A stretch of 64,000 bases of DNA from Flavobacterium sp. (GCA_043770135.1 JAYVIN010000020.1:33929-97928), one strand, 5' to 3'; numbered from the stretch's first letter, positions 37,330-47,271 are shown. The notes: generated by a model not told the origin, from the sequence alone. Numbers and translations: made by a program.

Positions 37330-40257
37330 TTATCTTTTTAGAGTAAAATGACCTTTTATTTCAGGTTGTGTTGGGTCTAATTTTAAAACATACCAATAAT
37401 CATCTGCGGGTAAGTCTAGGGAATTGAATTTGCCGTTCCATCCAATAATTCCAGCATTCATTTGTTTCAAAAGTTTTCCGTAACGGTCAAAGATTTTAAC
37501 ATTCGAACCGGAATACTCTTTCATTTCAGGAATCAGCCAAGTGTCATTAATTCCGTCATTATTTGGCGTAAAATATTTAGCAATACTAAAAATGGTAAAG
37601 GGCAAACTATCTAAATGACAAGAATTATTATCTCTAACATAGGCTGTTTTTGTACCAGTAGAGATATAATTGAATTCATTCGATTTTTGAAATAAAACTC
37701 CATCAATTGAAAATTCGTAATATTCTTGAGGGTCGGTAAGTTTTATACTTATTGAATTTCCATTTATATCAATAGTACTAATTATAGGTGCTGGACGTTC
37801 GATAACGTTAAAAGTTTTTTTGGAACCACAAGAAGTAGCAATAGGTGAGCTAATATTCACAACATAATTTCCAATCGTAGAAACGGGAATGCTTTGAGTT
37901 ATTTCCCCGCCCGGAGACCATAAATAATCTAGCCCCGAAATAGGAGCTTCGATTGTTACAGTTTTAGTTGGACAAAGAACAACCGTTTCATCATTAGGAT
38001 CTATTTTGGTTATTTTTGCTACTACTGCAGTTCTTAAACTTGTACAATTTGCATCTGTCGCATCAACATAAAAAGGAGTGGTAATTGAAATACTTGGAGT
38101 TGTTATCATATTGCCAGTGCCTACTTGAGTTCCGCCTTTATCACTATCATACCAATTTAAAGTTCCTGAAGAGGCAACTGCTTCTAGCGAAACTGTTCCA
38201 GTATCACATCGAGTAGCAGGAGTTGTTGAAGTTATTGTTGGAACTGTTAAAACAGTAGCCGTAATTGGAGTTCGAGGAGTTGTCACACAACTGGATTCAG
38301 TAGCATCTACATAAAAAGGGGTGTCCGTGGTTATATCTGGAGTGGTGTAGGAAGTTCCTGTCCCTAATGAAGTTCCGCCAGTGAGTGAGTTATACCACTT
38401 TATAGTACTAGTTGCTGAGGCTGTTGCATTTAAGATCGCCTTTCCGCTTCCGCAAATGGGTGTTGGCGTTAGCGAGGAAGTAATACTTGGAGAAATAACC
38501 TTAGCAACCACTTCTATTCTTGGATTTAAAGGACAAGCTCCATTTGATGGATCTGTGAAATAGGAAGTTGTTGAAGAGATACTGGGAGAATAGGTATTTG
38601 CTATGGTTAGTAAAGTCCCGCCAGTTAGTGCAGTATACCATCTTATATTACCAGTAAAATTTTTGGGTTTAAGTGTAAGATTACCCGTAAAACAACGAGA
38701 AGCAGGTTCAAACTCAATTTTTGTGGGAATAGTAATGCTAGTACTGGCAGCAATTTGAAGTATAGGATCTACAGGCATTCCGCCATATTCTACGATATAG
38801 CCTCTAGATTGATTGGCTCCTGTTGGATCACCGTTGAGTCTCAGGTCATTCCAAGACCCTGTGATTCCGACTCCAGGAGCGGTGATATGAGCATAATCTT
38901 CTTCGCGACCCATAAATTGGTTTGGTTCGTTAGTATTCCAAAAAGCAAAATTGGGGCTAGATCCATTTACAAGTCCGTTCCAAAAAACAATTCCTGAACC
39001 TCCATTAGCAAGTCCTTCAGGACCAGTAACCCATTTCCAAACCCCTTCTGTTTGCGCATCGCTACCACCAATCCAACCAGTATCAGTTGATTGCGCACCA
39101 GTCAGTTGAGCTTCGTCAGCCGCTAAAATGGTAGCCAAATACCCTTTTAATCCGTAGTAGTTTCTGCCTTCTGCGGCTAATTTTGCATCCGTCCAACTGA
39201 TCCCAGGACTCGAAACATATTCATAATAATGCTGGGTGGAGGGAAGATAATTGGCTTGACCAATAGTAATCGAAAAGGTTCTTGTTCCTGATGGTGCTGT
39301 TTCAGAATTGGAAAAAATGACATCTTTTAAGGCAGCTTCAAAATCGGTGTATAAAATTTTTAAGCCTGTAGGACTGGATAATTTTAGTTTTCCTGTATCA
39401 GGATCCCAACTGCGGAATATATTTTTACTTTGATGAAAAGTAGGATTCGCAAGTGATAACAAATCACTTCCAGAAACATAACCCGAAGAAATTTGCACAT
39501 ACATTTCCTCTGTGGCAGGTTCCGAAGGGTCATAAGTAATAGTTATATTTTCTTTGGGAGCTGGTGGAGGAATTATATTCAGCGATGATTTCACACAATA
39601 AATCTGGTTTCCTGATGCGGTAATTTTTGGGGGAGTTGCAGCTACTTTATTGCAATTATCAGAATAACTGGCTGTGGCGTCTTTTTTGTTTGACCAATTA
39701 GTGTCAGAATACGATTTGTTATCTACTTGTATGCATTTTAGGTTTGGGTTGTTTGTTAAATAAACAGTTGTGAGGTTTATGTTATTGCCATTTTTTAGAT
39801 TAGCAGTAGTCAAGTTATTGTTTTCACAAAGCAAAATTTGTAATTTAATGTTTTTGGAAATATCAATGTCTTTTAATTTATTGTTGTAAATCGAAATTTT
39901 AATTAAAGAAATATTCTTAGAAAAATCTACACTTTTTAATTGACATCCAACAGCTCCAAATTCAGTCAAAGCAGTATTTCTAGTAATATCTAAAGAAGTA
40001 AAAAAATTACCACCACATGAGAGATATGTCAAGCTTATAAAATCTTCTATTCCTGTTAAGTCTTTAATATTTAAATCATGAACACTTAATACACTTATAT
40101 TACTAATATTAGATGTAAGTACTTTTCCATCAATAGCACCACTATCAATCCCTTTGTCAATCAATGCTTTCTCAAAATTCACATCTGGAATTAAGGTGTC
40201 CTGAGCCAGTCCAATACAATTAGAGAGTAGTAAAACAAGAAAAAACAACTTTTTCAT
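37330..40257 (-). CDS. T9SS-secreted multidomain adhesin: LRR, C-type-lectin-like, Ig-like repeats and type B (gliding-motility) C-terminal sorting domain
   Basis: Signal peptide. LRR units (LTxLxCxxNxLxxLDxSKN). CTLD-like segment WTDAKLAAEG...GYLATILAADE...WIGGSDAQTEGVWKWVTGPEG...NEPN...EDYAHI...WNDL. Three WYxxxTGGTxLGTG...FYVDAT repeats. C-terminal YFTPNNDGINDTW motif. Confidence 0.8.
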   Translation of the reverse strand: MKKLFFLVLLLSNCIGLAQDTLIPDVNFEKALIDKGIDSGAIDGKVLTSNISNISVLSVHDLNIKDLTGIEDFISLTYLSCGGNFFTSLDITRNTALTEFGAVGCQLKSVDFSKNISLIKISIYNNKLKDIDISKNIKLQILLCENNNLTTANLKNGNNINLTTVYLTNNPNLKCIQVDNKSYSDTNWSNKKDATASYSDNCNKVAATPPKITASGNQIYCVKSSLNIIPPPAPKENITITYDPSEPATEEMYVQISSGYVSGSDLLSLANPTFHQSKNIFRSWDPDTGKLKLSSPTGLKILYTDFEAALKDVIFSNSETAPSGTRTFSITIGQANYLPSTQHYYEYVSSPGISWTDAKLAAEGRNYYGLKGYLATILAADEAQLTGAQSTDTGWIGGSDAQTEGVWKWVTGPEGLANGGSGIVFWNGLVNGSSPNFAFWNTNEPNQFMGREEDYAHITAPGVGITGSWNDLRLNGDPTGANQSRGYIVEYGGMPVDPILQIAASTSITIPTKIEFEPASRCFTGNLTLKPKNFTGNIRWYTALTGGTLLTIANTYSPSISSTTSYFTDPSNGACPLNPRIEVVAKVISPSITSSLTPTPICGSGKAILNATASATSTIKWYNSLTGGTSLGTGTSYTTPDITTDTPFYVDATESSCVTTPRTPITATVLTVPTITSTTPATRCDTGTVSLEAVASSGTLNWYDSDKGGTQVGTGNMITTPSISITTPFYVDATDANCTSLRTAVVAKITKIDPNDETVVLCPTKTVTIEAPISGLDYLWSPGGEITQSIPVSTIGNYVVNISSPIATSCGSKKTFNVIERPAPIISTIDINGNSISIKLTDPQEYYEFSIDGVLFQKSNEFNYISTGTKTAYVRDNNSCHLDSLPFTIFSIAKYFTPNNDGINDTWLIPEMKEYSGSNVKIFDRYGKLLKQMNAGIIGWNGKFNSLDLPADDYWYVLKLDPTQPEIKGHFTLKR

Positions 40258-40327
40258 GACCAGTTTAGTTTCTTAAAAGATTACGTAAAATTAGTGAAGC
40301 ATTTGAGTATAAAGAAGTGTTAATGAG

Positions 40328-40900
40328 TTATTTTGTGCCAAACTCCCTTCCCATTGGGGAGGGCTGGGGAGGGGCTGTCATTTTTTTAAACAAATCCCAA
40401 ACTACAATTCCAGCACTGACAGCAATATTCAAGGAATGTTTAGTCCCCAATTGCGGAATTTCGATACAACCATCACAAATGGCAATGGCTTCTTGCGAAA
40501 CACCATACACTTCATTTCCAAAAACTAGTGCATATTTTGTGTCTTTTTCAACTTCAAAATCTTGAAGGAAAACCGCGCTTTCTACTTGTTCTATCGCAAG
40601 AACTAATGTGCCTTCGTTTTTTAGATTCTCAATAACTTCTAGCACATTGTCATGGTGTTCCCATGTCACGGTTTCAGTTGCGCCAAGAGCTGTTTTGTGA
40701 ATTTCTTTATTGGGAGGTGTGGCTGTAATGCCACACAAATATATTTTTTCGACTAAAAAAGCATCGGCTGTTCTAAAAACAGAGCCAATATTGTGTAAAC
40801 TCCTGATGTCGTCCAATATTAATATTAAAGGTGTCTTTTCGGATTTTTTAAAGTCAGTAATAGATTTTCTATCGAGTTCGCTATTTTCTAATTTTCGCAT
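40328..40900 (-). CDS. TrmH/SpoU-family RNA 2'-O-methyltransferase
   Basis: SpoU motifs LHNIGSVFRTADA, ALVFGNEVYGVS and IPQLGTKHSLNIAVSAGIV. The last ~17 codons (TAPPQPSPMGREFGTK) are encoded by GC-rich element copy f. Confidence 0.85.
   Translation of the reverse strand: MRKLENSELDRKSITDFKKSEKTPLILILDDIRSLHNIGSVFRTADAFLVEKIYLCGITATPPNKEIHKTALGATETVTWEHHDNVLEVIENLKNEGTLVLAIEQVESAVFLQDFEVEKDTKYALVFGNEVYGVSQEAIAICDGCIEIPQLGTKHSLNIAVSAGIVVWDLFKKMTAPPQPSPMGREFGTK
40343..40375 (+). repeat. GC-rich mini-element, copy f (3' end of the TrmH-like ORF, 86 bp upstream of the adhesin start)
   Basis: CTCCCTTCCCATTGGGGAGGGCTGGGGAGGGGC. By hand count, 23 of 33 positions match copy e in an ungapped alignment, in the same orientation. 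Confidence 0.75.
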
Positions 40901-40940
40901 ATTTAGTTCCGTTTATTGGTCTCAAAAAGAGTTTAAAACT

Positions 40941-41105
40941 ATGCACTTTTAGTGCATCTCCCTTTCAGGTTCTAAAAATTTAAACACGAATTTCACAAAT
41001 TCTCACGAATTAATTTGTGAAAATTAGTAAAATTCGTGTTGAACTTATTGTACCTGGCAGACTTTCAGTCTACAAAACCAAACTGTGGACTTTCAGTCCA
41101 TAGTG
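40941..41105. repeat. Composite intergenic repeat, locus A (ACTTTCAGT-core hairpins plus CACGAATT/CACAAATT inverted-repeat module)
   Basis: Hairpins ATGCACT-TTT-AGTGCAT (40941-40957), AGACT-TTC-AGTCT (41063-41075) and GGACT-TTC-AGTCC (41090-41102). The module AAACACGAATTTCACAAATT...AATTTGTGAAAATT...AAATTCGTGTT lies between them. Homologous to 56975-57090. Confidence 0.8.
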
Positions 41106-41113
41106 GTTTATTT

Positions 41114-41145
41114 ACAAAAAAGGCTTCCTAATACTAGGAAGCCTT
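41114..41145 (-). terminator. Rho-independent terminator of the DUF1573 gene
   Basis: 10-bp stem AGGCTTCCTA / TAGGAAGCCT (41121-41144) with a 4-nt loop, followed on the minus strand by a T-run (A-run 41115-41120 on plus). Confidence 0.75.
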
Positions 41146-41167
41146 ACTTAATTTGTATGAAAAAAAT

Positions 41168-41671
41168 TTAGCTTTTTGTAGTTGGAGTAGCTGGTTCAGC
41201 TGGTTTTTTATTTGGATCAGGTAAAACTGTACCTTTAATGGTAAGTGTTTTAGTTGCTTGACCTTCGGCATTCGAAGTTACTGTTACTGTTTTTGTAAAA
41301 GCACCTTCTCTATTGGTGTCATATTTTACACCAATACTACCTTTTGCACCTGGAGCGATAGGCTCTTTTGGAGTGGTAGGAACAGTACAACCACAAGAAC
41401 CTTGTGTGTTTGTAATAATTAATGGTTTGTTACCATTGTTAGTAAACGTAAACTTACGGTTTCCATCAGCATTGTGTTCGATAGTACCATAATCGATTGT
41501 TTCGTTTTCGAAAACCATTCCAGCACCAATTACTTTTGAAGCAGCAGCTGGTTTTGTAGCTTTAACGGCTGTAGTTGTTTTTTTTACGGTTTTTTTGATC
41601 TTTGCTGTTTCTTGAGCGTCAGTAAAAGATATAGCTAAAAAAGCTACTGATAGCAAAAGTATTTTTTTCAT
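41168..41671 (-). CDS. DUF1573-domain secreted protein
   Basis: Signal peptide and a ~100-aa beta domain with the GSCGCT motif characteristic of DUF1573. Confidence 0.7.
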   Translation of the reverse strand: MKKILLLSVAFLAISFTDAQETAKIKKTVKKTTTAVKATKPAAASKVIGAGMVFENETIDYGTIEHNADGNRKFTFTNNGNKPLIITNTQGSCGCTVPTTPKEPIAPGAKGSIGVKYDTNREGAFTKTVTVTSNAEGQATKTLTIKGTVLPDPNKKPAEPATPTTKS

Positions 41672-41827
41672 TTTTGTATTTATTTAAAATTAATAATTAA
41701 TAGCAAATTTATATAAAAAATTGAATGTGCCTCTTAATTTTTCCTTAAAAATATTTTAAATTTTTGATTAACGTATTTTCATTTTAAAATATTTAAATTC
41801 GCTTTCTATAAAACTAAACATCAAATA

Positions 41828-44434
41828 GTGTCTTCAAAAGAAAAATTGGTCAAGGAAACCCCGTTAATGAAGCAATACAACGAAATCAAGAGGAAGTATC
41901 CTGATGCTTGTTTGTTGTTTCGGGTAGGCGATTTTTATGAAACTTTTGGCGATGATGCTGTTCGTGCATCCAAAATTTTGGGGATAACATTGACCAAAAG
42001 AGGCGCAGGTTCCGAAACTGAAACGGCGCTGGCGGGGTTTCCGCATCATTCAATCAATACGTATTTGCCAAAACTAGTAAAAGCTGGACTTCGAGTGGCG
42101 ATTTGTGACCAGCTCGAAGATCCAAAAATGACTAAAACCATCGTGAAACGTGGAGTTACAGAGCTTGTAACTCCGGGTGTTTCGATGAATGATGAGGTTT
42201 TGCAGTCGAAGACTAACAATTTTTTGGCAGCTATTTATTTTGCCAATAAATCAATAGGAGTTTCATTTTTAGATGTTTCTACGGGCGAATTTCTAACCTC
42301 ACAAGGGAATGCCGAATATATTGATAAATTGTTGCAAAACTTCAATCCAAGCGAGGTTTTGATTCCAAAAAACAACAAAAATGATTTCCGAGAAACTTTC
42401 GGAGAAGATTACCATAGTTTTTATCTCGAAGATTGGATTTACAAAGAAGATTACGCTTTCGAGACCTTGACCAAGCATTTTGAAACCGTCTCGCTCAAAG
42501 GTTTTGGAATCGAAGAGTTGAAAGAGGGAATTATTGCTTCGGGAGCGATTTTGTATTATCTGTCCGAAACCCAGCATAATAAAGTCCAACACATTACTTC
42601 CATTCAGCGCATTGCCGAAGATGCTTATGTTTGGATGGATCGTTTTACGATTCGGAATCTCGAATTGTACCACAGTTACAATCCCAATGCGGTTACACTT
42701 CTCGATGTTATTGATAAAACGCTTTCGCCAATGGGAGGACGATTATTGAAACGTTGGTTGGCTTTGCCGTTGAAAGATGCCAATAAAATTCGAAGCCGTC
42801 ATCAAGTAGTTTCCTATTTGAAAGAAAATCAAAATGTGCTGAAAAACATTCAAAAGCAAATCAAGCAAATTTCGGATTTAGAACGATTGATTTCGAAAAT
42901 TGCTGCCGCTAAAGTTTCTCCGCGTGAAGTCGTTTATCTCAAAGAATCCTTAGATGCCATTATTCCAATAAAAACTTTGGCTTTAGAAAGTCCACAAGAA
43001 GCCGTCAAAGTTATTGGCGACAGCCTGCACAGTTGCGATTTATTGCGCGAAAAAATTAAAACGGTTTTAAATCAAGATGCCCCTGTGGCTGTTGCCAAAG
43101 GAAATGCAATTGCCAAAGGAATCAACGCCGAATTGGACGAATTGCGAGCCATTTCGACCTCTGGAAAAGAATTCTTGGAAGGAATCGAAAAACGAGAATC
43201 GCAGGCAACTGGAATATCTTCTTTGAAAATTTCCTTTAATAATGTTTTTGGGTATTATATCGAAGTGCGAAATATGCACAAAGATAAAGTGCCTCCCGAA
43301 TGGATTCGAAAGCAAACTTTGGTCAACGCAGAACGCTACATCACCGAAGAATTAAAAGAATATGAAACCAAAATTTTGGGTGCCGAAGAAAAAATTCATA
43401 AAATAGAAGCCGAGTTGTTCGAACAATTGGTGGCTTGGATTGCGACCTATATCAAGCCCGTTCAAATGAATGCGAATTTGGTAGCGCAATTGGATTGTTT
43501 GTGTTCGTTTACGCAATTGGCAATCGAAAACAAATATGTTTGCCCAGAGCTTGACGAAACTTTCGAACTCGAAATTAAAAACGGAAGGCATCCTGTAATC
43601 GAAAAGCAATTGGCAGTTGGAACGCCTTATATTGCCAATGATGTTTTTCTAGACCGAGAAACCCAACAATTGATAATGATTACTGGGCCAAATATGTCCG
43701 GTAAATCGGCTATTTTGCGCCAAACCGCTTTGATTGTCCTGTTGGCTCAAATGGGAAGTTTTGTCCCTGCGGACGGTGTGCGAATGGGAGTGGTAGACAA
43801 AATATTTACTAGAGTTGGAGCAAGTGATAATATTTCGATGGGCGAGTCCACTTTTATGGTCGAAATGAACGAAACAGCTTCTATCTTGAATAATATTTCG
43901 GACAGGAGTTTGGTGTTATTAGACGAAATAGGTCGAGGAACCAGTACCTATGACGGGATTTCCATCGCTTGGGCAATTGCGGAATTTCTTCATGAACATC
44001 CAGCAAAACCCAAAACCTTATTTGCCACACATTATCATGAGTTGAACGAAATGAGTGAATCTTTGCCTAGAATACAGAATTATAATGTATCAGTAAAGGA
44101 ACTGAAAGATACTGTGCTTTTTATTCGAAAGTTAGTAAAAGGCGGAAGTGCACATAGTTTTGGAATACACGTGGCGAAAATGGCCGGAATGCCTCAAATT
44201 GTTATTTTGAAAGCGCAGAAATTACTCAAAAAACTAGAAAAAAATCATTCTAGCGATGCTTTGGTAGGCATAAAAGCCGAGAAGGATGATATGCAAATGA
44301 GTTTTTTTAATCTCGATGATCCTTTGTTAGAGGAAATTAAAGACGAAATTTTAAGTCTTGACATCAATACCATTACTCCAATGGAAGCGCTGATGAAGTT
44401 GAATGAGTTAAAAAAAATGATTACGAAGAAGTGA
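41828..44434 (+). CDS. mutS: DNA mismatch repair protein MutS
   Basis: TPLMKQY N-terminus, Walker A GPNMSGKS and DEIGRGTSTYDG. GTG start (no in-frame ATG upstream). Confidence 0.97.
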   Translation: MSSKEKLVKETPLMKQYNEIKRKYPDACLLFRVGDFYETFGDDAVRASKILGITLTKRGAGSETETALAGFPHHSINTYLPKLVKAGLRVAICDQLEDPKMTKTIVKRGVTELVTPGVSMNDEVLQSKTNNFLAAIYFANKSIGVSFLDVSTGEFLTSQGNAEYIDKLLQNFNPSEVLIPKNNKNDFRETFGEDYHSFYLEDWIYKEDYAFETLTKHFETVSLKGFGIEELKEGIIASGAILYYLSETQHNKVQHITSIQRIAEDAYVWMDRFTIRNLELYHSYNPNAVTLLDVIDKTLSPMGGRLLKRWLALPLKDANKIRSRHQVVSYLKENQNVLKNIQKQIKQISDLERLISKIAAAKVSPREVVYLKESLDAIIPIKTLALESPQEAVKVIGDSLHSCDLLREKIKTVLNQDAPVAVAKGNAIAKGINAELDELRAISTSGKEFLEGIEKRESQATGISSLKISFNNVFGYYIEVRNMHKDKVPPEWIRKQTLVNAERYITEELKEYETKILGAEEKIHKIEAELFEQLVAWIATYIKPVQMNANLVAQLDCLCSFTQLAIENKYVCPELDETFELEIKNGRHPVIEKQLAVGTPYIANDVFLDRETQQLIMITGPNMSGKSAILRQTALIVLLAQMGSFVPADGVRMGVVDKIFTRVGASDNISMGESTFMVEMNETASILNNISDRSLVLLDEIGRGTSTYDGISIAWAIAEFLHEHPAKPKTLFATHYHELNEMSESLPRIQNYNVSVKELKDTVLFIRKLVKGGSAHSFGIHVAKMAGMPQIVILKAQKLLKKLEKNHSSDALVGIKAEKDDMQMSFFNLDDPLLEEIKDEILSLDINTITPMEALMKLNELKKMITKK

Positions 44435-44483
44435 TTTATATAAAAATGAATTCAATTACCGAGTCACCTTTAATCGCAATACT

Positions 44484-47221
44484 ATGAGCAAATCAGAAAA
44501 AAAAACAACACCATTTTTAAAAGCATTAATTGTTGTATGCCTTTTAGTTAATACTTATTTCGCAGCCTGTTATTCCCAAAATTCGTCGGATGTTTCTATT
44601 TATGAAACCAAATTAGACCAAGAAAAAAATCCTATTGGCGTTGACAATGAAAGTCCCGAGTTTTCCTGGAAATTGAAATCAGATAAAAGGAACCGATATC
44701 AGAAAGCCTATCAAATTGTAGTTTGGTCAAAAAAGACAAAAGACACGTGTTGGAATAGTGGAAAAGTAATTTCAAACAGTACTATCCTGCGAAAATATCT
44801 AGGAAAACCTTTAGAATCTGTTACAGCTTATAAATGGAGAATACGGATTTGGGACAACAATGGAAAAATAAGTTCTTGGTCAACCGAAAATGATTTTTCG
44901 ACCGGTTTATTAGCGGAAAAAGATTGGAAAGCAGACTGGATAAGTACTCCTGATTCTATTTACGCTCCCGTTTTTACAAAAAAATTCAGGATTGATAAAA
45001 TCCCCGATTTAGCAAATGTTTTTGTGAATTGTCAGGGATATTTTGAGCTTTATATAAACGGAAATAAAGTTGGAAACGATGTTCTTTCACCAGCAGTTAG
45101 TAACTTTAAAACTGAAAATTACTATCTCGCTTATGATGTCAAGGATTTTCTAAGGATTGGAGAAAACACTATAGGTTTATGGACAGGACGTGGCTGGTAT
45201 TCCGCAGGATTGCCCGGAGTTATCCATCAATCACCTGTTTTTCGTCTTCAAGCTCATTTATTATCAAAGCAAATTGATCTAATAATAGTTTCAGATACTA
45301 CTTGGACAACATCCAACAGCAATATTAGTCAGATTGGGAACATGAGATGGAATAATTTGGGTGGAGAACTAGTCGACAATCGAATTTCTATGAATGATTG
45401 GGCAACCGATAAGAACAATAATAACAGAAAAAATGCCATTCGTATTGCAAAACCAACCGCTACTACAAAATCGCAAATTTGTAGACCAAACTTTATTTCT
45501 GAAAGTATCGCGGTTAAGAATATTTCGCAAATAGACAAAGATGTTTGGCTGATTGATTTTGGTAAAAATTTTACCGGTTGGATGAAGATGGACATTGAAA
45601 ATCAGAAACTTGGCGATACAATTGACTTTATTTATTCCGATTTCTGTAACAAAAAGCCTGAAAAAAAATCTAAATACAAATGGGATTTTGGGAATGAATA
45701 CATAAATCAAAGAGATGGCTACATCTCGTCGTCTTCAAAAAAGGGTGTGTTTTGTCCGAAATTTAACGTGCACGCTTTTCGTTATGTGATTATTCAGGGG
45801 TAAACCACAAACCTAAACTTAGCGATATTACAGGGTATATGATAGAATCTAATCTTGATGAAGTTGGCAGCTTTACCTCTTCTGACAAGGATTTGAATGC
45901 TATTTATGAGCTAAACCATTACACCTTTCGATGTTTGGATATTGGTGGATACTTTGTGGATTGTCCACATCGAGAGCGTTTGGGTTACGGAGACGGTCAA
46001 GTGGCAATCGAAACGGGAATATATAATTTCGAATTGGGGAATTTTTATAAAAAATGGGCTCAAAATTGGATTTCTGAACAAACTCCAAATGGAAAAATTC
46101 CAAATACAGCTCCTTCTCCCTACGGAGCAGGCGGAGGACCAGGCTGGGGTGGTACTGGAGTTGTTCTACCTTGGAAAATATATAAATATTATGGCGACAC
46201 CACGTTTTTGAGTTCGTCTTATGATGCGATGGTGGGCTATGTCGATTTTTTGGAAACAAAAAGTAAAGATGGAATTCTAATGCATTACGGCGATGAAACT
46301 TGGGGGTTTATTGGCGATTGGGTACCTCCGGGCAAGGGAATGGATTCGAAAGATAAAGTGGGAAAAACTGAAAAAGAAGTATTTAACAATTGTTACAAGC
46401 TTTACTTATACGAAATTTTAGCAGAATCTGCCGGTGTATTGGGAAAAACCAATGATAGTGAAAAGTACAAAAACCTATCTGAAACTTTGAAAAATAAAAT
46501 CCACGAACGCTATTATAACAACGAAAAAGGAATTTATGCAAACGGCGAACAATCGTATCTCGTATTTCCATTGTTAATGGACGTACCTGCAAAAGCCGAA
46601 AGAGACCGTGTTTTGACAAATCTTGTGAACGATATAAAAATCACCAATGATGGGCATCTCAATACAGGTATGCTCGGAACCTATTTTATGCTTCAATATC
46701 TTGTTGAAATAGGCCGCTCTGATCTTGTTTATTTAATGATGAAACAAAAGACTTATCCTGGTTGGGGTTATATGATTGCGCAAGGAGCAAATACCAGTTG
46801 GGAACAATGGAACGGCTACTGGTCTAATATTCATTCTTGTTTTACATCTGGCGGAGGTTGGTTTTTTACTGGAGTAGCTGGTATCCGTCAAATGGAAAAA
46901 TCGGTGGCTTTTGAACATTTACTTATAGCTCCTCAATTAACAGATCTTATTAAAGAACAAAACACTAAATTCAATTCTCCCTATGGGAAAGTGGCTGTAT
47001 CGTGGACACACAAAGGGAATGACACTTTGCAAATGGAAATTGAAATTCCGACTAACTCAAAAGCGGATATTATTTTGCCGGTTTCTGAGAATCAAGTGGT
47101 ATCTGAATCTGGCAAGAATATCAATACTAATTCAGATATAAAGATAATTTCAAAAGAGGCGAATCAATTGCGTTTATTTGCCCCATCAGGAAAGTATGTT
47201 TTTGAAATTAGAAATAAATAA
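44484..47221 (+). pseudogene. GH78 alpha-L-rhamnosidase interrupted by a 1-nt frameshift at a G4 run
   Basis: ORF 44484-45803 has a signal peptide and rhamnosidase N-domains (PEFSWKL...QKAYQIVV; GYFELYINGNKVGNDVLSPAVSNF). ORF 45839-47221 has the six-hairpin catalytic domain (DCPHRERLGYGDG). The reading frame continues in frame 2 from 45797 (GVNHKPKLSDITGYMIES). Confidence 0.7.
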
Positions 47222-47222
47222 A

Positions 47223-47271
47223 GTTTTTAAAGTCATAAAAGAAGAATTTATTCTTTTATGACTTTAAAAAC
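47223..47271. terminator. Bidirectional terminator-like palindrome between the convergent GH78 and sulfatase genes
   Basis: Perfect 21-nt arms GTTTTTAAAGTCATAAAAGAA (47223-47243) and TTCTTTTATGACTTTAAAAAC (47251-47271) with a 7-nt loop. The right arm overlaps the last sulfatase codons. Confidence 0.65.
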
